Assembly: GCA_963665295.1 (NCBI GenBank)
Contig: OY762209.1
Location: forward strand, 992,001-1,056,000
DNA from: Syntrophorhabdaceae bacterium
GTDB taxonomy: Bacteria > Desulfobacterota > Syntrophorhabdia > Syntrophorhabdales > Syntrophorhabdaceae
Reading direction: 5' to 3'
Length of the DNA: 64,000 nucleotides
The notes under the pieces were generated by a model. That model saw only the letters and a program-made list of their open reading frames with translations, was not told the DNA's origin and did not search any database. This document shows, piece by piece, positions 29,277 through 41,100 of this stretch (within the stretch, counting starts at the first letter, position 1; the number at the start of each line of letters is the position of its first letter). The translations under genes and the position numbers were made by a program.

Positions 29277-30152
29277 ATGTATTTTCAGGATTTGATCTTC
29301 GCACTGCAGAAATACTGGGCTGACAAGGGATGCGTCATTGTCCAGCCTTACGATATGGAAGTCGGCGCGGGCACTTTTCATCCCGCCACCTTCCTCCGGT
29401 CCCTGGGGCCGGACCACTGGAATGCCGCATACGTGCAGCCTTCGCGACGTCCCGCAGACGGGCGCTATGGAGAAAACCCCAACAGACTTCAGCATTACTA
29501 CCAGTTTCAGGTGGTGATGAAGCCCTCGCCCAAGGACATCCAGAACCTCTACATCGAAAGCCTCAGAAGTTTCGGCATTGACCCGTCCAACCATGACATA
29601 CGCTTTGTGGAAGACGACTGGGAATCGCCCACCCTGGGCGCCTGGGGTCTCGGCTGGGAGGTATGGCTCGACGGCATGGAGATCACCCAGTTCACCTATT
29701 TTCAGCAGGTGGGCGGCATAAGCCTTTCCCCTGTCACGGTGGAGATCACCTACGGGACGGAGAGGATCGCCATGTACCTCCAGGACGTGGATAACGTATT
29801 CCACATAAAATGGAACAAGGACGTGCTCTATAGGGATATCTTCCTGGAGCCCGAGAAGGAATACTCCATTTATAACTTTGAGGAGTCCGACGCGGCCATG
29901 CTGAGAGGCATGTTCGACGTGTGCGAGAGGGAAGGCGAAAAACTCGCCACAGGAAGGGAGCTTGTCTATCCTTCCTATGACTATTGCCTGAAGTGCTCCC
30001 ACATATTCAACCTCCTCGATGCAAGGGGCGCGATCAGCGTCACCGAAAGGGCGAATTACATCGGACGGGTGAGGAATCTGGCGAAACTCTGCGCCGAGCT
30101 TTATATTAAGAAGAAGGGGCAGGCAGGGCTTTCTCCCTCCGAAAAGACCTAA
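29277..30152 (+). CDS. glyQ: Glycine-tRNA ligase alpha subunit
   Basis: [41 protein letters not shown]. Confidence 0.98.
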   Translation: MYFQDLIFALQKYWADKGCVIVQPYDMEVGAGTFHPATFLRSLGPDHWNAAYVQPSRRPADGRYGENPNRLQHYYQFQVVMKPSPKDIQNLYIESLRSFGIDPSNHDIRFVEDDWESPTLGAWGLGWEVWLDGMEITQFTYFQQVGGISLSPVTVEITYGTERIAMYLQDVDNVFHIKWNKDVLYRDIFLEPEKEYSIYNFEESDAAMLRGMFDVCEREGEKLATGRELVYPSYDYCLKCSHIFNLLDARGAISVTERANYIGRVRNLAKLCAELYIKKKGQAGLSPSEKT

Positions 30153-30159
30153 GTATTAT

Positions 30160-30246
30160 GGATTGCCGGGGTGCGCCCCGGATGCAGCAGATCATCCCGC
30201 GTCAGGCCCGGGATGATGAAACACGCTCCGGGGACTTCTTCCGGAG
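30160..30246. repeat. Palindromic REP-like element between glyQ and glyS
   Basis: Tandem hairpins CCGGGG-TGCG-CCCCGG, CATCCCG...CGGGATG and CTCCGG...CCGGAG. Confidence 0.35.
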
Positions 30247-30265
30247 AATTTCAAAAAGGAGCGTT

Positions 30266-32338
30266 ATGAGCGACTTTTTGCTTGAAGTCGGTACAGAAGA
30301 GATACCTGCGCGGTTTCTTGAACCCGCAAAGGAAGGTCTCACCAGATTATTGAAAGACGCACTCGCTGCGGCATGGATATCCGCCGGCGGGTTTGAGATC
30401 TATGCGACCCCGAGAAGGATCGCGGTCATGATCAAGGATGTGGCGGAAACACAGGCGGAGAGTGTTTCGGTCAAGTTCGGCCCTCCCTATAACCGCGCCT
30501 TCAGCCCTGAAGGAAAGCCCACCCCCGCCGCAACAGGGTTTGCAAAATCCCAGGGAGTTACCCTTGAAGACCTGAAGAAAGGCACAAAAGACGGTGTCGA
30601 CTTCGTCACAGTGGAGAAAAAGGAAGGCGGCAAGCCCACCAGGGACGTCCTTCCCGAGTTGCTCAAAGACGCGATCTCCCGCATCCCCTTTCAAAAGAGG
30701 ATGAGATGGGGCACGGAAACCTTTGAATTTGCGCGGCCCATTCAGTGGATCGTCGCCCTTTTCGGTGAGTCGGTCATTGAATTCGCCCTGGCGGACGTGA
30801 AGAGCGGCAGCACCAGCCTCGGCCACAGGTTTCTCTCAAAAGGACCGGTCACCATCACTGATCCCTCCCAATACATGGAAAAGCTCAAAGAGGCCTTCAT
30901 CATCCTCAAGGAAGAGGAAAGGCTCGACACTATACAGCGGGGCATCAAGAAGATAGAGGAAGAGACAGGAGGCCGCGCGGTAAGAGACGACGACCTCGTG
31001 AAAGAAATAGTCTACATTACGGAATACCCCTACCCCCTGCGCGGGTCTTTCGATGAGCGGTTTCTCGCCCTCCCGAAAGAGGTGCTCGTCAATGTCATGA
31101 AGTCCCACCAGAGGTATATCCCTCTGCTCACCGCGGACAACAGGCTCATGCCTTATTTCATCTTCTTCGCGAACACGGTCCCTGTGGAAGACAAGAACGT
31201 GATCCGGGGCAACGAGAAGGTCCTCCGGGCCCGCCTCGCGGACGCACAGTTCTTCTTTGACGACGACCGCAAGGTAAAGGTCTACGACCTCTACGACCGG
31301 CTGTCCTCCATCGTGTGGCACGTGAAACTCGGCACCCTTAAGGATAAGACGGAAAGGGTCAAGGATATCGCGGGCTACCTCGCATCGGTCCTCGAGTATA
31401 AGGATACCCGAAAGATCGAGAGGGCAGTGAGACTGATGAAGTCGGACCTCCTTACCCACATGGTAGGCGAGTTTCCCGAACTCCAGGGCGTCATGGGCCG
31501 GATTTACGCGGAGGCCCAGGGAGAAGACCCGGAGACGGCCCGGGCCATTGAAGAGCATTACCTCCCGAGCGGCGGAAACGGGGCCCTCCCCGAGACACCC
31601 TTGGGCGCGCTCCTCGCCATCGCGGACAAGATGGACAGCCTCGCGGCCTTTTTCTCCGTGGGAATAAGCCCGACAGGGAACCTTGACCCCTTCGCCCTGA
31701 GAAGGCAGGCCCTCGGCATGATGAAGATCATCATGGAGAAGAGACTCCATATCCCTCTCAAAAAGGTCATTGCAAAGGCTTACGAAAGCGGGTCAAACAT
31801 CAGGAAACGGATAAGCGCCGAAGAGACGGAGGCCTCCCTCCTCGAGTTCATCGCCACACGGTTCAAGTTCTCCATGATAGAGGAGGACCACAACCAGGAA
31901 TTCGTGGAGAGCGTGCTGCCCTGTGTATCGGAAGACATTTATGACGGCTATTTGAGGCTTACCGCCCTCGAGACCCAGGAATCCATCCAGGATTTCCAGA
32001 GGCTCATGGTGGGCTTCAAGCGGGTATACAACATCACCAAGGCCCTGAAGGAAGCAGGCGAACCGGACAGGTCCCTCTTCAACCAGCCTGAGGAAGAAGC
32101 CCTTTTCAACCTCTACGAGGCAACGAAGGATGCCTTTTTCTCCGCGGTTCAGGAGAGAAGGTATGCGGAAGCCCTCACGGCCCTCGTAGGTTTCAAGGAG
32201 ACAATCGACAATTTCTTTGACAAGGTCTTTGTCATGGATAAAGACGATGCAGTAAAGAACAACAGACTCGCCCTCCTCACCAAAATCAGGGACATGTTCC
32301 TGCGCTTCGGAGATTTTTCCAAAATTCGCATAGACTAA
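30266..32338 (+). CDS. glyS: Glycine-tRNA ligase beta subunit
   Basis: [42 protein letters not shown]; start ATG 30266 after AAGGAG. Confidence 0.97.
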   Translation: MSDFLLEVGTEEIPARFLEPAKEGLTRLLKDALAAAWISAGGFEIYATPRRIAVMIKDVAETQAESVSVKFGPPYNRAFSPEGKPTPAATGFAKSQGVTLEDLKKGTKDGVDFVTVEKKEGGKPTRDVLPELLKDAISRIPFQKRMRWGTETFEFARPIQWIVALFGESVIEFALADVKSGSTSLGHRFLSKGPVTITDPSQYMEKLKEAFIILKEEERLDTIQRGIKKIEEETGGRAVRDDDLVKEIVYITEYPYPLRGSFDERFLALPKEVLVNVMKSHQRYIPLLTADNRLMPYFIFFANTVPVEDKNVIRGNEKVLRARLADAQFFFDDDRKVKVYDLYDRLSSIVWHVKLGTLKDKTERVKDIAGYLASVLEYKDTRKIERAVRLMKSDLLTHMVGEFPELQGVMGRIYAEAQGEDPETARAIEEHYLPSGGNGALPETPLGALLAIADKMDSLAAFFSVGISPTGNLDPFALRRQALGMMKIIMEKRLHIPLKKVIAKAYESGSNIRKRISAEETEASLLEFIATRFKFSMIEEDHNQEFVESVLPCVSEDIYDGYLRLTALETQESIQDFQRLMVGFKRVYNITKALKEAGEPDRSLFNQPEEEALFNLYEATKDAFFSAVQERRYAEALTALVGFKETIDNFFDKVFVMDKDDAVKNNRLALLTKIRDMFLRFGDFSKIRID

Positions 32339-32348
32339 GGAGACCCTC

Positions 32349-35099
32349 ATGACCAAGTACGTGTACCTCTTTGCGGGCAAAAAGGCGGAGGCAGGGGAAA
32401 GACTTAGGAATCTCGTGGGCGGCAAGGGCGCGGGCCTCGCCGATATGGTCAACCTCGGAATTCCCGTCCCTCCCGGCTTCACCATAACCACGGAAGCGTG
32501 CGTTTATTTCTATCAGCACGACATGGCCTTCCCCGAGGGCTTGAAGGAACAGGCAATTGACAACCTGAAGAAGGTGGAGGAGGCCATGGGCATGACCTTC
32601 GGCGACCCCAAAAACCCCCTTCTTTTCTCTGTCCGGTCAGGCGCCAGGGTCAGTATGCCGGGGATGATGGATACGGTGCTCAACCTGGGTCTCAATGACA
32701 AGACCGTGAAAGGCCTCGCAAAACTTACAGGGGACGAACGTTTCGCTTATGACTGTTACAGGCGCTTTGTCCAGATGTACGGAGACGTGGTCCTCGGACT
32801 CAAACCCGCAGGAAAGGAAGAGCGCGACCCCTTCGAAGACGTGATCGAAGCGAAGAAGAAGGAAAAGAAGGTCACCCTCGATACGGATTTGACGGTGCGC
32901 GACCTGAAGGACCTCGTGGCAAGCTTCAAGAAGCTCATAAAGACAGGGCTGAAAGTGAATTTCCCCGAAGACCCCTATGAACAGTTATGGGGCGCCATCG
33001 GCGCGGTCTTCAAATCGTGGAACACCGAGAGGGCCATCACTTACAGAGAGCTTAACAACATACCCGACACGTGGGGGACGGCGGTCAACGTCCAGTGCAT
33101 GGTCTTCGGAAACATGGGCGAAGGCTCAGGCACGGGCGTGGCTTTCACGAGAAACCCCGCCACGGGAGAAAACGCGTTCTACGGGGAATACCTCCTGAAC
33201 GCCCAGGGCGAAGACGTGGTGGCAGGCATAAGGACCCCCCTTCCCATCAATAAGAAACAGAAGACCGACGACTCCATCCGGTCCCTTGAGGAGGCCATGC
33301 CGGACATATACGGCCAACTCATGGATATCCGGAAGAAGCTTGAAGAACGGTACCGGGATATGCAGGACATCGAGTTTACCATACAGAGGGGAAAGCTCTG
33401 GATGCTCCAGACAAGGACGGGCAAGAGGACGGCCTTTGCCGAGTTCAAGATCGCCATCGACATGGTAAAGGAGAAGCTCATCGAAAAGGAGGAGGCCCTC
33501 CTCCGGGTGAAACCCGACCAGCTAAACCAGTTGATGCGGCCCATGTTCGATCCCGAGGAGAAGGTAAAGGCTCTGAAGGAAGGCCGCCTGGTGGCCCGGG
33601 GGCTCAACGCGGGGCCGGGCGCGGCCACGGGAAGGGTCGTGTTTAACGCGGATGACGCGGAAACATGGGCAAGCCGCGAGGAGAAGGTCATCCTCGTCCG
33701 GATAGAGACATCCCCCGAAGACTTACGGGGCATGAATGCTGCCCTGGGCATCCTCACCTCCACGGGCGGCGTGTCGAGTCATGCCGCGCTTGTGGCGCGC
33801 CAGATGGGAAAGATCTGTGTCGCGGGATGCGGAGAACTGGGAATAGACTACAAGAAAAAGACCATCACCTCCAGGGGCCGGGTCATAAAGGAAGGCGATT
33901 TCATCTCCCTTGACGGCACCACGGGCGAGGTCTTTGCAGGTCCCATAATGACCATACCTTCAGAGATATTGAGGGTCCTCGTCGACAAGAGCCTCAAGCC
34001 CGAGGATTCCCCCATTTACCGGGATTTCAGCCTTCTCATGAAATGGGCGGACAAGGCGCGGAAGCTCGGTATCAGGACCAACGCGGATGAGCCGGAGCAG
34101 GCGGAAGTGGCGGTCGCCTTCGGCGCGGAAGGGATCGGCCTTTGCAGGACGGAGCACATGTTCTTTGCAGGAGACCGGATCGACGCGGTGCGGGAGATGA
34201 TCGTGGCAGGCGACATGGAAGGAAGGGTAAAGGCCCTGGCCAAGATCCTCCCCATGCAGAAGAAGGATTTTATCGGCCTCTTCAAGGTCATGAACGGCCT
34301 TCCCGTCACCATCAGAACCCTCGACCCACCCCTGCACGAGTTCCTGCCCCACACGGAAAAGGAGATAACCGACCTCGCGGAGAAGACCGGCACCCCCTAT
34401 GAGACCATCACCGCAAAGATACAGAGCCTCCACGAGGAAAACCCCATGCTCGGCCACAGGGGCTGCAGGCTCGGGATCGTCTTCCCCGAGATCACCGAGA
34501 TGCAGGCGCGGGCCATCTTTGAGGCAGCCTGTGAAGTAAAACAGTCCGGCATTGCGGTCAAGCCCGAGGTCATGATACCCCTTGTCGGCCACGTGGCGGA
34601 GCTTATCCTTCAGAAAGAGGTAGTCGACAAGGCGGCAAAAGAGGTCTTTGCCCGGTACGGCATGGAGATAGAATACATGGTGGGCACCATGATCGAGATA
34701 CCGAGGGCCGCCATCACGGCAGACGAGATCGCGAAGGTTGCCGAATTCTTCTCCTTCGGCACCAATGACCTTACCCAGACGACCATGGGGATGAGCCGGG
34801 ACGACGCGGTGAAATTCCTCAAGTTTTACATTGAGCATTCCATTCTCCCCTACGACCCGTTCCAGCGAATCGACGAGGACGGGGTGGGCAAACTGATGAA
34901 GATAGGCGTGGACCTGGGCAGGAAATCGCGAAAAACCCTCAAGATAGGCATATGCGGTGAGCACGGCGGAGAGCCCAACTCCGTGGAGTTCTGCCATCGT
35001 CTCGGGCTCAATTACGTGAGCTGTTCCCCCTACAGGGTAACCATCGCCAAGCTTGCAGCCGCGAGGGCGGCGATCCAGGACAAGAGGAAGGCGAAGTAA
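32349..35099 (+). CDS. ppdK: Pyruvate, phosphate dikinase
   Basis: [15 protein letters not shown], phospho-His motif [37 protein letters not shown]. Confidence 0.98.
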   Translation: MTKYVYLFAGKKAEAGERLRNLVGGKGAGLADMVNLGIPVPPGFTITTEACVYFYQHDMAFPEGLKEQAIDNLKKVEEAMGMTFGDPKNPLLFSVRSGARVSMPGMMDTVLNLGLNDKTVKGLAKLTGDERFAYDCYRRFVQMYGDVVLGLKPAGKEERDPFEDVIEAKKKEKKVTLDTDLTVRDLKDLVASFKKLIKTGLKVNFPEDPYEQLWGAIGAVFKSWNTERAITYRELNNIPDTWGTAVNVQCMVFGNMGEGSGTGVAFTRNPATGENAFYGEYLLNAQGEDVVAGIRTPLPINKKQKTDDSIRSLEEAMPDIYGQLMDIRKKLEERYRDMQDIEFTIQRGKLWMLQTRTGKRTAFAEFKIAIDMVKEKLIEKEEALLRVKPDQLNQLMRPMFDPEEKVKALKEGRLVARGLNAGPGAATGRVVFNADDAETWASREEKVILVRIETSPEDLRGMNAALGILTSTGGVSSHAALVARQMGKICVAGCGELGIDYKKKTITSRGRVIKEGDFISLDGTTGEVFAGPIMTIPSEILRVLVDKSLKPEDSPIYRDFSLLMKWADKARKLGIRTNADEPEQAEVAVAFGAEGIGLCRTEHMFFAGDRIDAVREMIVAGDMEGRVKALAKILPMQKKDFIGLFKVMNGLPVTIRTLDPPLHEFLPHTEKEITDLAEKTGTPYETITAKIQSLHEENPMLGHRGCRLGIVFPEITEMQARAIFEAACEVKQSGIAVKPEVMIPLVGHVAELILQKEVVDKAAKEVFARYGMEIEYMVGTMIEIPRAAITADEIAKVAEFFSFGTNDLTQTTMGMSRDDAVKFLKFYIEHSILPYDPFQRIDEDGVGKLMKIGVDLGRKSRKTLKIGICGEHGGEPNSVEFCHRLGLNYVSCSPYRVTIAKLAAARAAIQDKRKAK

Positions 35100-35100
35100 G

Positions 35101-35640
35101 ATGCCCCCCGAAAAGGTCCTCCTCCATATATGCTGCGCCCCATGCAGCATATATGTCCTGAGACGGCTCAGGGAGGAAGAGAAGGAGGTCACGGGGTACT
35201 TCTTCAACCCCAATATCCACCCTTACACTGAATTCCTGAAGAGGCTTGCCACCCTGGAAAACTACGCGAAAATATCGCTCCTCCCCCTCATAACGGACAA
35301 AGAGTATGATCTCGAAGGCTTTCTCAAGGGTACCCTCGCGCGGGGCAAGGACCGGTGCCTCTTCTGCTACTCCATGAGACTCGAAAAAGCCTTCGCCAAA
35401 GGAGCCGAACTGGGAGTGGACGCGGTCACCACAACCCTCCTCTACAGCAGGCACCAGCGTCACGCCGATATAAAGGCGATCGCCGGGTATCTTTCCCGCG
35501 CGTATGGCATCCCCTTCCTTTACAGGGACTTCCGGGAGGGCTGGAAAGAGGGGATCGACGCGTCGAAGGCGATCAACATGTACCGTCAGCCCTATTGCGG
35601 GTGCATTTTCAGCGAAAAAGAGCGTTTCGGAGGGAAATAG
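35101..35640 (+). CDS. queH: Epoxyqueuosine reductase QueH (DUF208)
   Basis: LLHICCAPCS, FNPNIHP, RCLFCY, YRQPYCGCIFS. Confidence 0.9.
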   Translation: MPPEKVLLHICCAPCSIYVLRRLREEEKEVTGYFFNPNIHPYTEFLKRLATLENYAKISLLPLITDKEYDLEGFLKGTLARGKDRCLFCYSMRLEKAFAKGAELGVDAVTTTLLYSRHQRHADIKAIAGYLSRAYGIPFLYRDFREGWKEGIDASKAINMYRQPYCGCIFSEKERFGGK

Positions 35641-35643
35641 CCG

Positions 35644-35856
35644 GTGCAGGGCATAGGAAAATTACTCGTAGTCCTCGGCATCGTCATGGTCCTCCTGGGT
35701 CTTGCCTTCATGTTCGGCGACAGGATCCCTTATATCGGGAGGCTCCCCGGCGACATTTTCATCAAAAAGGAGCGATTCAGTCTTTACTTCCCCATCACCA
35801 CGAGCATCGTGATAAGTATTATACTCACCGTACTGTTTTCCATTTTCAGAAAATAA
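35644..35856 (+). CDS. DUF2905-family small membrane protein
   Basis: GRLPGDI...YFPITTSI between two hydrophobic segments. Confidence 0.85.
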   Translation: MQGIGKLLVVLGIVMVLLGLAFMFGDRIPYIGRLPGDIFIKKERFSLYFPITTSIVISIILTVLFSIFRK

Positions 35857-35867
35857 GGAGGATTTAA

Positions 35868-36671
35868 GTGAAGAATAAGGTTCTGTCCGCATTGTTTATG
35901 GTTCTGATCATCGGCTTCGTCCTTGGAGGAGCGGCTGACCCCGCGAGAGGGGCGGCTCCCGCCAAAGGCAAAAAGGCAACGAAGGCAGTGAAAGAAGAAG
36001 CCCCGTCCACCCCGACGGCGGAGGAGGAGTTCAAGAAGAGCTTCCCCAACATAAAGTTCGACTCCATGAACCCCACGGCCATAAAGGGCGTCTACGAGGT
36101 AGTGGTGGGCGACAAAGTCGCATACTTTGCCCCGGACCCTGGATACCTCATCGTGGGGGAGATACGGGACAAAAACGGGGTGAGCATCACCGCAAAGAGA
36201 AGGGAACAGCTTACGGCGATAAAGAATGAGGCCGTAGCCGCCAGGGCAAAGAACCTCCCCCTCGACAAGGCCGTCAAGATCGGGGATGGCAAGAACACGG
36301 TCATCGAGTTCACCGATCCCGATTGCCCATACTGCCGGAAGGCGTCGGAGTTCTTGGCGAAGAAGGCCGACCTGACGAGATATATCTTCTTCATGCCCCT
36401 GCCCATGCATCCCGATGCCGCGAATAAGGCAAAATATGTGCTCTGCCAGGAAGACCGGGGCAAGGCGTATGAGGAGGCCATGACAGGCAAACTCGACAGC
36501 AAGAAATACGAGCAGTGCAAGAAGCCCGAGGTGGATGACCTCATGAAACTCTACAAGGAGCAGGCCATGAAGATGGAGATAAACAGCACGCCTTTCTTCA
36601 TAGTGAACGGTAAGGTAATCTCTGGCTTCGACACGCCCCGCATCGAAGAGGCCCTGAAACCAAAACCTTAA
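35868..36671 (+). CDS. dsbC: DsbC-like thiol:disulfide isomerase
   Basis: Signal peptide, GVYEV dimerisation region, FTDPDCPYC, STP cis-Pro loop. Confidence 0.88.
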   Translation: MKNKVLSALFMVLIIGFVLGGAADPARGAAPAKGKKATKAVKEEAPSTPTAEEEFKKSFPNIKFDSMNPTAIKGVYEVVVGDKVAYFAPDPGYLIVGEIRDKNGVSITAKRREQLTAIKNEAVAARAKNLPLDKAVKIGDGKNTVIEFTDPDCPYCRKASEFLAKKADLTRYIFFMPLPMHPDAANKAKYVLCQEDRGKAYEEAMTGKLDSKKYEQCKKPEVDDLMKLYKEQAMKMEINSTPFFIVNGKVISGFDTPRIEEALKPKP

Positions 36672-36689
36672 ACCACAGGGTGAATTCCG

Positions 36690-36730
36690 AAAACCGGCGC
36701 CTCCCTTCCGGAGAAGCGCCGGTTTTTTAT
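36690..36730 (+). terminator. Rho-independent terminator
   Basis: AAAACCGGCGC...GCGCCGGTTTTTT after dsbC. Confidence 0.8.
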
Positions 36731-36856
36731 GGGTCCCCCGGTCCCGTGTCGTTTTGTCCGCGCAGGACCTTGACATTTCCCTTGTATCCGGTGTTTTTAG
36801 TCTGAGGCAGTCGCAATTCAACGCCGCCCGCTACGGGCTGGGAGGAGGTTATTTCC

Positions 36857-37684
36857 ATGGGTTTTCTCAGGATCGACGAGGAGAAGTGCAGGAAGGACGG
36901 AATGTGTGCGCGGACGTGCCCGGGAGGCGTCATTCATCTCAAGACGGAGAAAGGCTATCCCGACATGGTCCCGTGGGGCGAAAGCGCATGCACGCGGTGC
37001 GGTCATTGCGTGGCCGTCTGTCCCGAGGGCGCCTTGAGCCATACGAAGATCCCCATGAAGAACTTCCCCGCCATCAGGAACGAGCTTCTTATCAGCGCGG
37101 ACCAGGCCGTGCAGTTCCTGCGGTCCCGCCGCTCGATCCGTCTCTATGAAGACAGGCCCGTGGAAAAGGAGAAGATCCAGGCCCTCATCGAGGTTGCCCG
37201 GTACGCCCCCACCGGGGGCAACACCCAACTCGTGGAATGGGTGGTGCTGAGCGGCAAACCCGCCATCCGCCGCATAGCCGGCCTCGCGGCGGACTGGATC
37301 AGGGACGCCCTGAAAACGGACCCCCAACTGCTCGTCGCCTCCCCATACCTCCCCATGATCGTCAAGGCCTGGGACGAGGGCTCTGACTCCATACTCAGGG
37401 ATGCGCCCGCCCTCGTCGTGGCCTCGGCCCCGAAACAGGCGATAAACGGCATGGTGGACCTCACCCTCGCCCTGTCTTATCTCGATCTCGCGGCCCCTCA
37501 CATGGGCCTCGGCACCTGCTGGGCGGGCTTGCTCCAGAGGGCCCTCCTTAACTCGCCCGACCTCAGGGAGGCCGTGGGCATACCCGTGGACCATCCCCAC
37601 CATTATCCCATGATGTTGGGATACCCCCGGGTGAAATACCACCGTCTCGCTGCCCGGAAGCCTCCGAAGATCACCTTCAGATAG
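36857..37684 (+). CDS. Ferredoxin-nitroreductase fusion
   Basis: CRKDGMCARTCP and CTRCGHCVAVCP; RRSIR, APTGGN, GLGTCWAG. Confidence 0.9.
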   Translation: MGFLRIDEEKCRKDGMCARTCPGGVIHLKTEKGYPDMVPWGESACTRCGHCVAVCPEGALSHTKIPMKNFPAIRNELLISADQAVQFLRSRRSIRLYEDRPVEKEKIQALIEVARYAPTGGNTQLVEWVVLSGKPAIRRIAGLAADWIRDALKTDPQLLVASPYLPMIVKAWDEGSDSILRDAPALVVASAPKQAINGMVDLTLALSYLDLAAPHMGLGTCWAGLLQRALLNSPDLREAVGIPVDHPHHYPMMLGYPRVKYHRLAARKPPKITFR

Positions 37685-37702
37685 GAAAGGGCGGACCCAA
37701 GG

Positions 37703-37945
37703 TCACGCCGGGGTCTGCTTCGAGGCTTTCTTCCTGTACCTCAGGTAAAGGTCTTCGACCTTCTTTCTCGCCCAGGCCGTTCTCCTCAAGAACCGGAGGC
37801 TGGACTTGATGCTCGGGTCATTGGTGAAACACCTGATATTGATGATCCTGCCCATTTCACTCCACCCGTAATATTCCACAAGCTCGGTGAGGAGCTTTTC
37901 CAGAGTAATGCCGTGAAGGGGGTCGTTGGTATGTTGACTCTCCAT
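37703..37945 (-). CDS. VF530-like (DUF2132) small DNA-binding protein
   Basis: [10 protein letters not shown]...YGW...[26 protein letters not shown]. Confidence 0.85.
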   Translation of the reverse strand: MESQHTNDPLHGITLEKLLTELVEYYGWSEMGRIINIRCFTNDPSIKSSLRFLRRTAWARKKVEDLYLRYRKKASKQTPA

Positions 37946-38180
37946 ATCTGTCCTGTCGGGATTTTCTCTTATTGTATCACGGCGCGCCCGAAAGGCGGCG
38001 CTTTTGCGCGGCAGGGTAACAAGGCGGAGGGTGACCGTCGGGTCACCCTCTTTTTCATCATCACCACGGGGTTTTGTCAAAAGAATACATAAGTGGCCAT
38101 GATGTCCCTTGTCCTTTCAATCTCACAAATTCACTCCACACTCCCGTGCCTCGCGGGCCGGTTTCGCGCCGAAAGGCCTT

Positions 38181-41100
38181 TCAAGGCTTAACCTTGAACA
38201 CCTTCCCCGGGGACGTTCCCACGGATGTGGTTACCGTTACCGCGCCGGTGGTGGCGCCTGCGGGGACCGTGCACTTGATCGCCGTCTCCGACCACGAGGT
38301 ATAGGCGGTCACGGCCACGCCGTTGAAACTTACCGTCGATGCGCCCTGGGCCGATCCGAAGTATTTGCCCTTCAAGGTCACCACTGTTCCCACCGTTCCC
38401 GAAGAGGGGGAGACGGAAGAGAGGACGGGAAGGTTCACGGTAAACGTCTTCCCGGGGGACGTTCCCACGGACGTGGTTACCGTTACCGCGCCGGTGGTGG
38501 CGCCTGCGGGGACCGTGCACTTGATCGCCGTCTCCGACCACGAGGTATAGGCGGTCACGGGCACGCCGTTGAAACTTACCGTCGATGCGCCCTGGGCCGA
38601 TCCGAAGTATTTGCCCTTCAAGGTGACCACTGCTCCCACCGTTCCCGAAGAGGGGGAGATGGAAGAGAGGACGGGAAGGTTCACGGTAAACGTCTTCCCG
38701 GGGGATGTTCCCACGGACGTCGTTACCGTTACCGCGCCGGTGGTGGCGCCTGCGGGGACCGTGCACTTGATCGCCGTCTCCGACCACGAGGTATAGGCGG
38801 TCACGGGCACACTGTTGAAACTTACCGTCGATGCGCCCTGGGCCGATCCGAAGTATTTGCCCTTCAAGGTCACCACTGTTCCCACCGTTCCCGAAGAGGG
38901 GGAGACGGAAGAGAGGACGGGGGACTTGGGCACTGCAACGACATCGAACTGCACCTTGACCGATTTGGCCGTCGACAGACTGGTGAGGCACGTGTTGCCC
39001 GAAACCTCGTCGCAGCCTGTCCACCCGGCAACGGCTGAACCTGAATCGGGGATGGCCACGAGGGTTACCGTATTGTCCGAGGTGAAACTGCCGCTACAGA
39101 AAGTGCCGCAATTGATGCCGAGGGGCGTGCTTGCCGCCAAACCCGAGCCTTTGCCTGTCTTTCCTACGGTGAGGGTATTCCACGATACGGGACTGAATTT
39201 TACTACCGCACTATCAGTTGTTCCGTAAATGCTGTTGTAACCGTCCACCGCGAGCCCGTAGATCTTTTGGGACGCATTGCCGGAACGGTATGACCTCCAT
39301 TCAGTAATAAAAGTGCCGTCGGACTTGAATCTGAGAATCCTTCCCTCAATGGTGCTTACAAGAAGGTTGTCGGCCGTATCCACTGAAATCCCCGTGAGGT
39401 AACTATAAAACTGACCCTGTGCCGGAGAGACGGTCCATTTTCCGAGAAAATTGCCGTTCCTATCGAATTTCTGAACGTTGCCCCTCGCGCTGTCAAGGAT
39501 ATACACGCCATTTTTGGAGTCTATGGCGATACCGGTGGGCCAGTAAAATTCGCCGTCGCCTTCACCATACTGGCCCCATGCGAGATAGCTCGAATCGCCG
39601 CCGAATTTTTGTATGCGCGTATTACCGGAGTCGACAACGAAAACGTCCTCCAGGGTGTTCACCGCCACGCCCATGGGATTGGAAAACTGTCCTTCTTCCC
39701 AGCCGTAGCTCCCAAATTCCTCCAGAAACCCGCCCGCAGCGTCAAACACCTGTACACGGCTGTTTCCATAATCGATTGCGTACACATTCCCGGAAGGCCT
39801 CGTCGATATTGCCCAGGGATTGATGAATTCTCCAGGTCCGCTTCCATATTGACCCCACATTCTCACGTAAGCCCCATTATTGTAAAGCACCTGGATCCTG
39901 TGATTGCCCGAATCGGCGACAAAAATCTCGTTGCCTTTTGCCGCAATGCCGAGGGGAGTATAGAACTGCCCGTTTCCCTGTCCGGAGGAACCGGTCTGCC
40001 AGGTTTTCTTGTACCGTGTCACCGGGAATCTCGAATAGTCGGTCTGGACGCCTGTCTTGTTATCTTTTGCACGCCACCGGTACACGCCCTCGCCCTTTGC
40101 CGACGCCGGGGTGAAGACATAATTGAACTGGCCCAGGGTGTCGGCGTTCATCGTAACGCCGGGAGCGCCTGTCCCGTCCGGGTAGAGCATGGAAACGGTA
40201 ACGCTGCCTTTCTGTGAAAACCCTACGCCCGACAGAATGACCGATTGACCCAGATAGCAGCCTGACTGACTCTGGGAAATCTCTGGAGTGGAAGCGTTGA
40301 TAAGCTGACTGAGGCCATAGGGCGCCACGCCCTTCGCCGTATCATCCGTAACATAGAGGCGGCCGTCGCTCGTAAGGGCCATCTGTCTGAAATTGAGGGC
40401 AGCGCCGGAGTTGAAGAACTTCGAAAGATCGAAAGTCCGCTGTTCCTTCGGCTTGTCGGGAAAGGTGTTTTGCCACTCCCGTACGCCGTCGAGGGACGCC
40501 CTTACGTCGGCAAGGACCTGCAACATGCGCTCCTGCTCGGCGCTGGTGGATTGAACAGGCTCGTTCGTGATCTGCTCGAGAGGCACATCGAGGACAAAGA
40601 GGTGGTTGGTCGCCGTGCCTCTTGCCCGGACGCGGTCGATGGCCGACACGTAGGTGTCTATGCTTGAAGCGAAGGCGCTTTTCGAGGAACCGAGGCGGGC
40701 AGGCTCCTTGGGAGTGAGAAGCTTGGGGTAATAGAGTATTATGTTCCTCAACGCCACCAGTTCATCCGCCTCCATCTGAAGACCGTACGCAGCCTGGGGA
40801 ATGTAGATATCGAGGTTGTAGGCAAGAAGCAGTTCGAGGCTTGCCTTCGCCCCGTACAGGGCCGCTCTTATGAGGAGCGCGTCTGCATAATCTATGTTGT
40901 AGGCGGGTCCCGTGGTCTTTAGAGCGTCAGGGTTCATGACGGAAACAAAGTCGATGCTGGTGACCTTGTTGAGGTTTTCTATGGCCCCGTTAATCTCCTT
41001 GAGCGCCTTGTTGTTCAGGAAGTCCAGAATATCGCCCGACTTCGGGGTGGTAGTCGCCAACTGCTCGGGGCTCTTCGAAATGACCGTATTGTACACGCCA

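Noticed and set aside
38184..38921. CRISPR-like array
   Set aside because: The repeats are 246-bp in-frame coding units with no spacers, and there are no cas genes.
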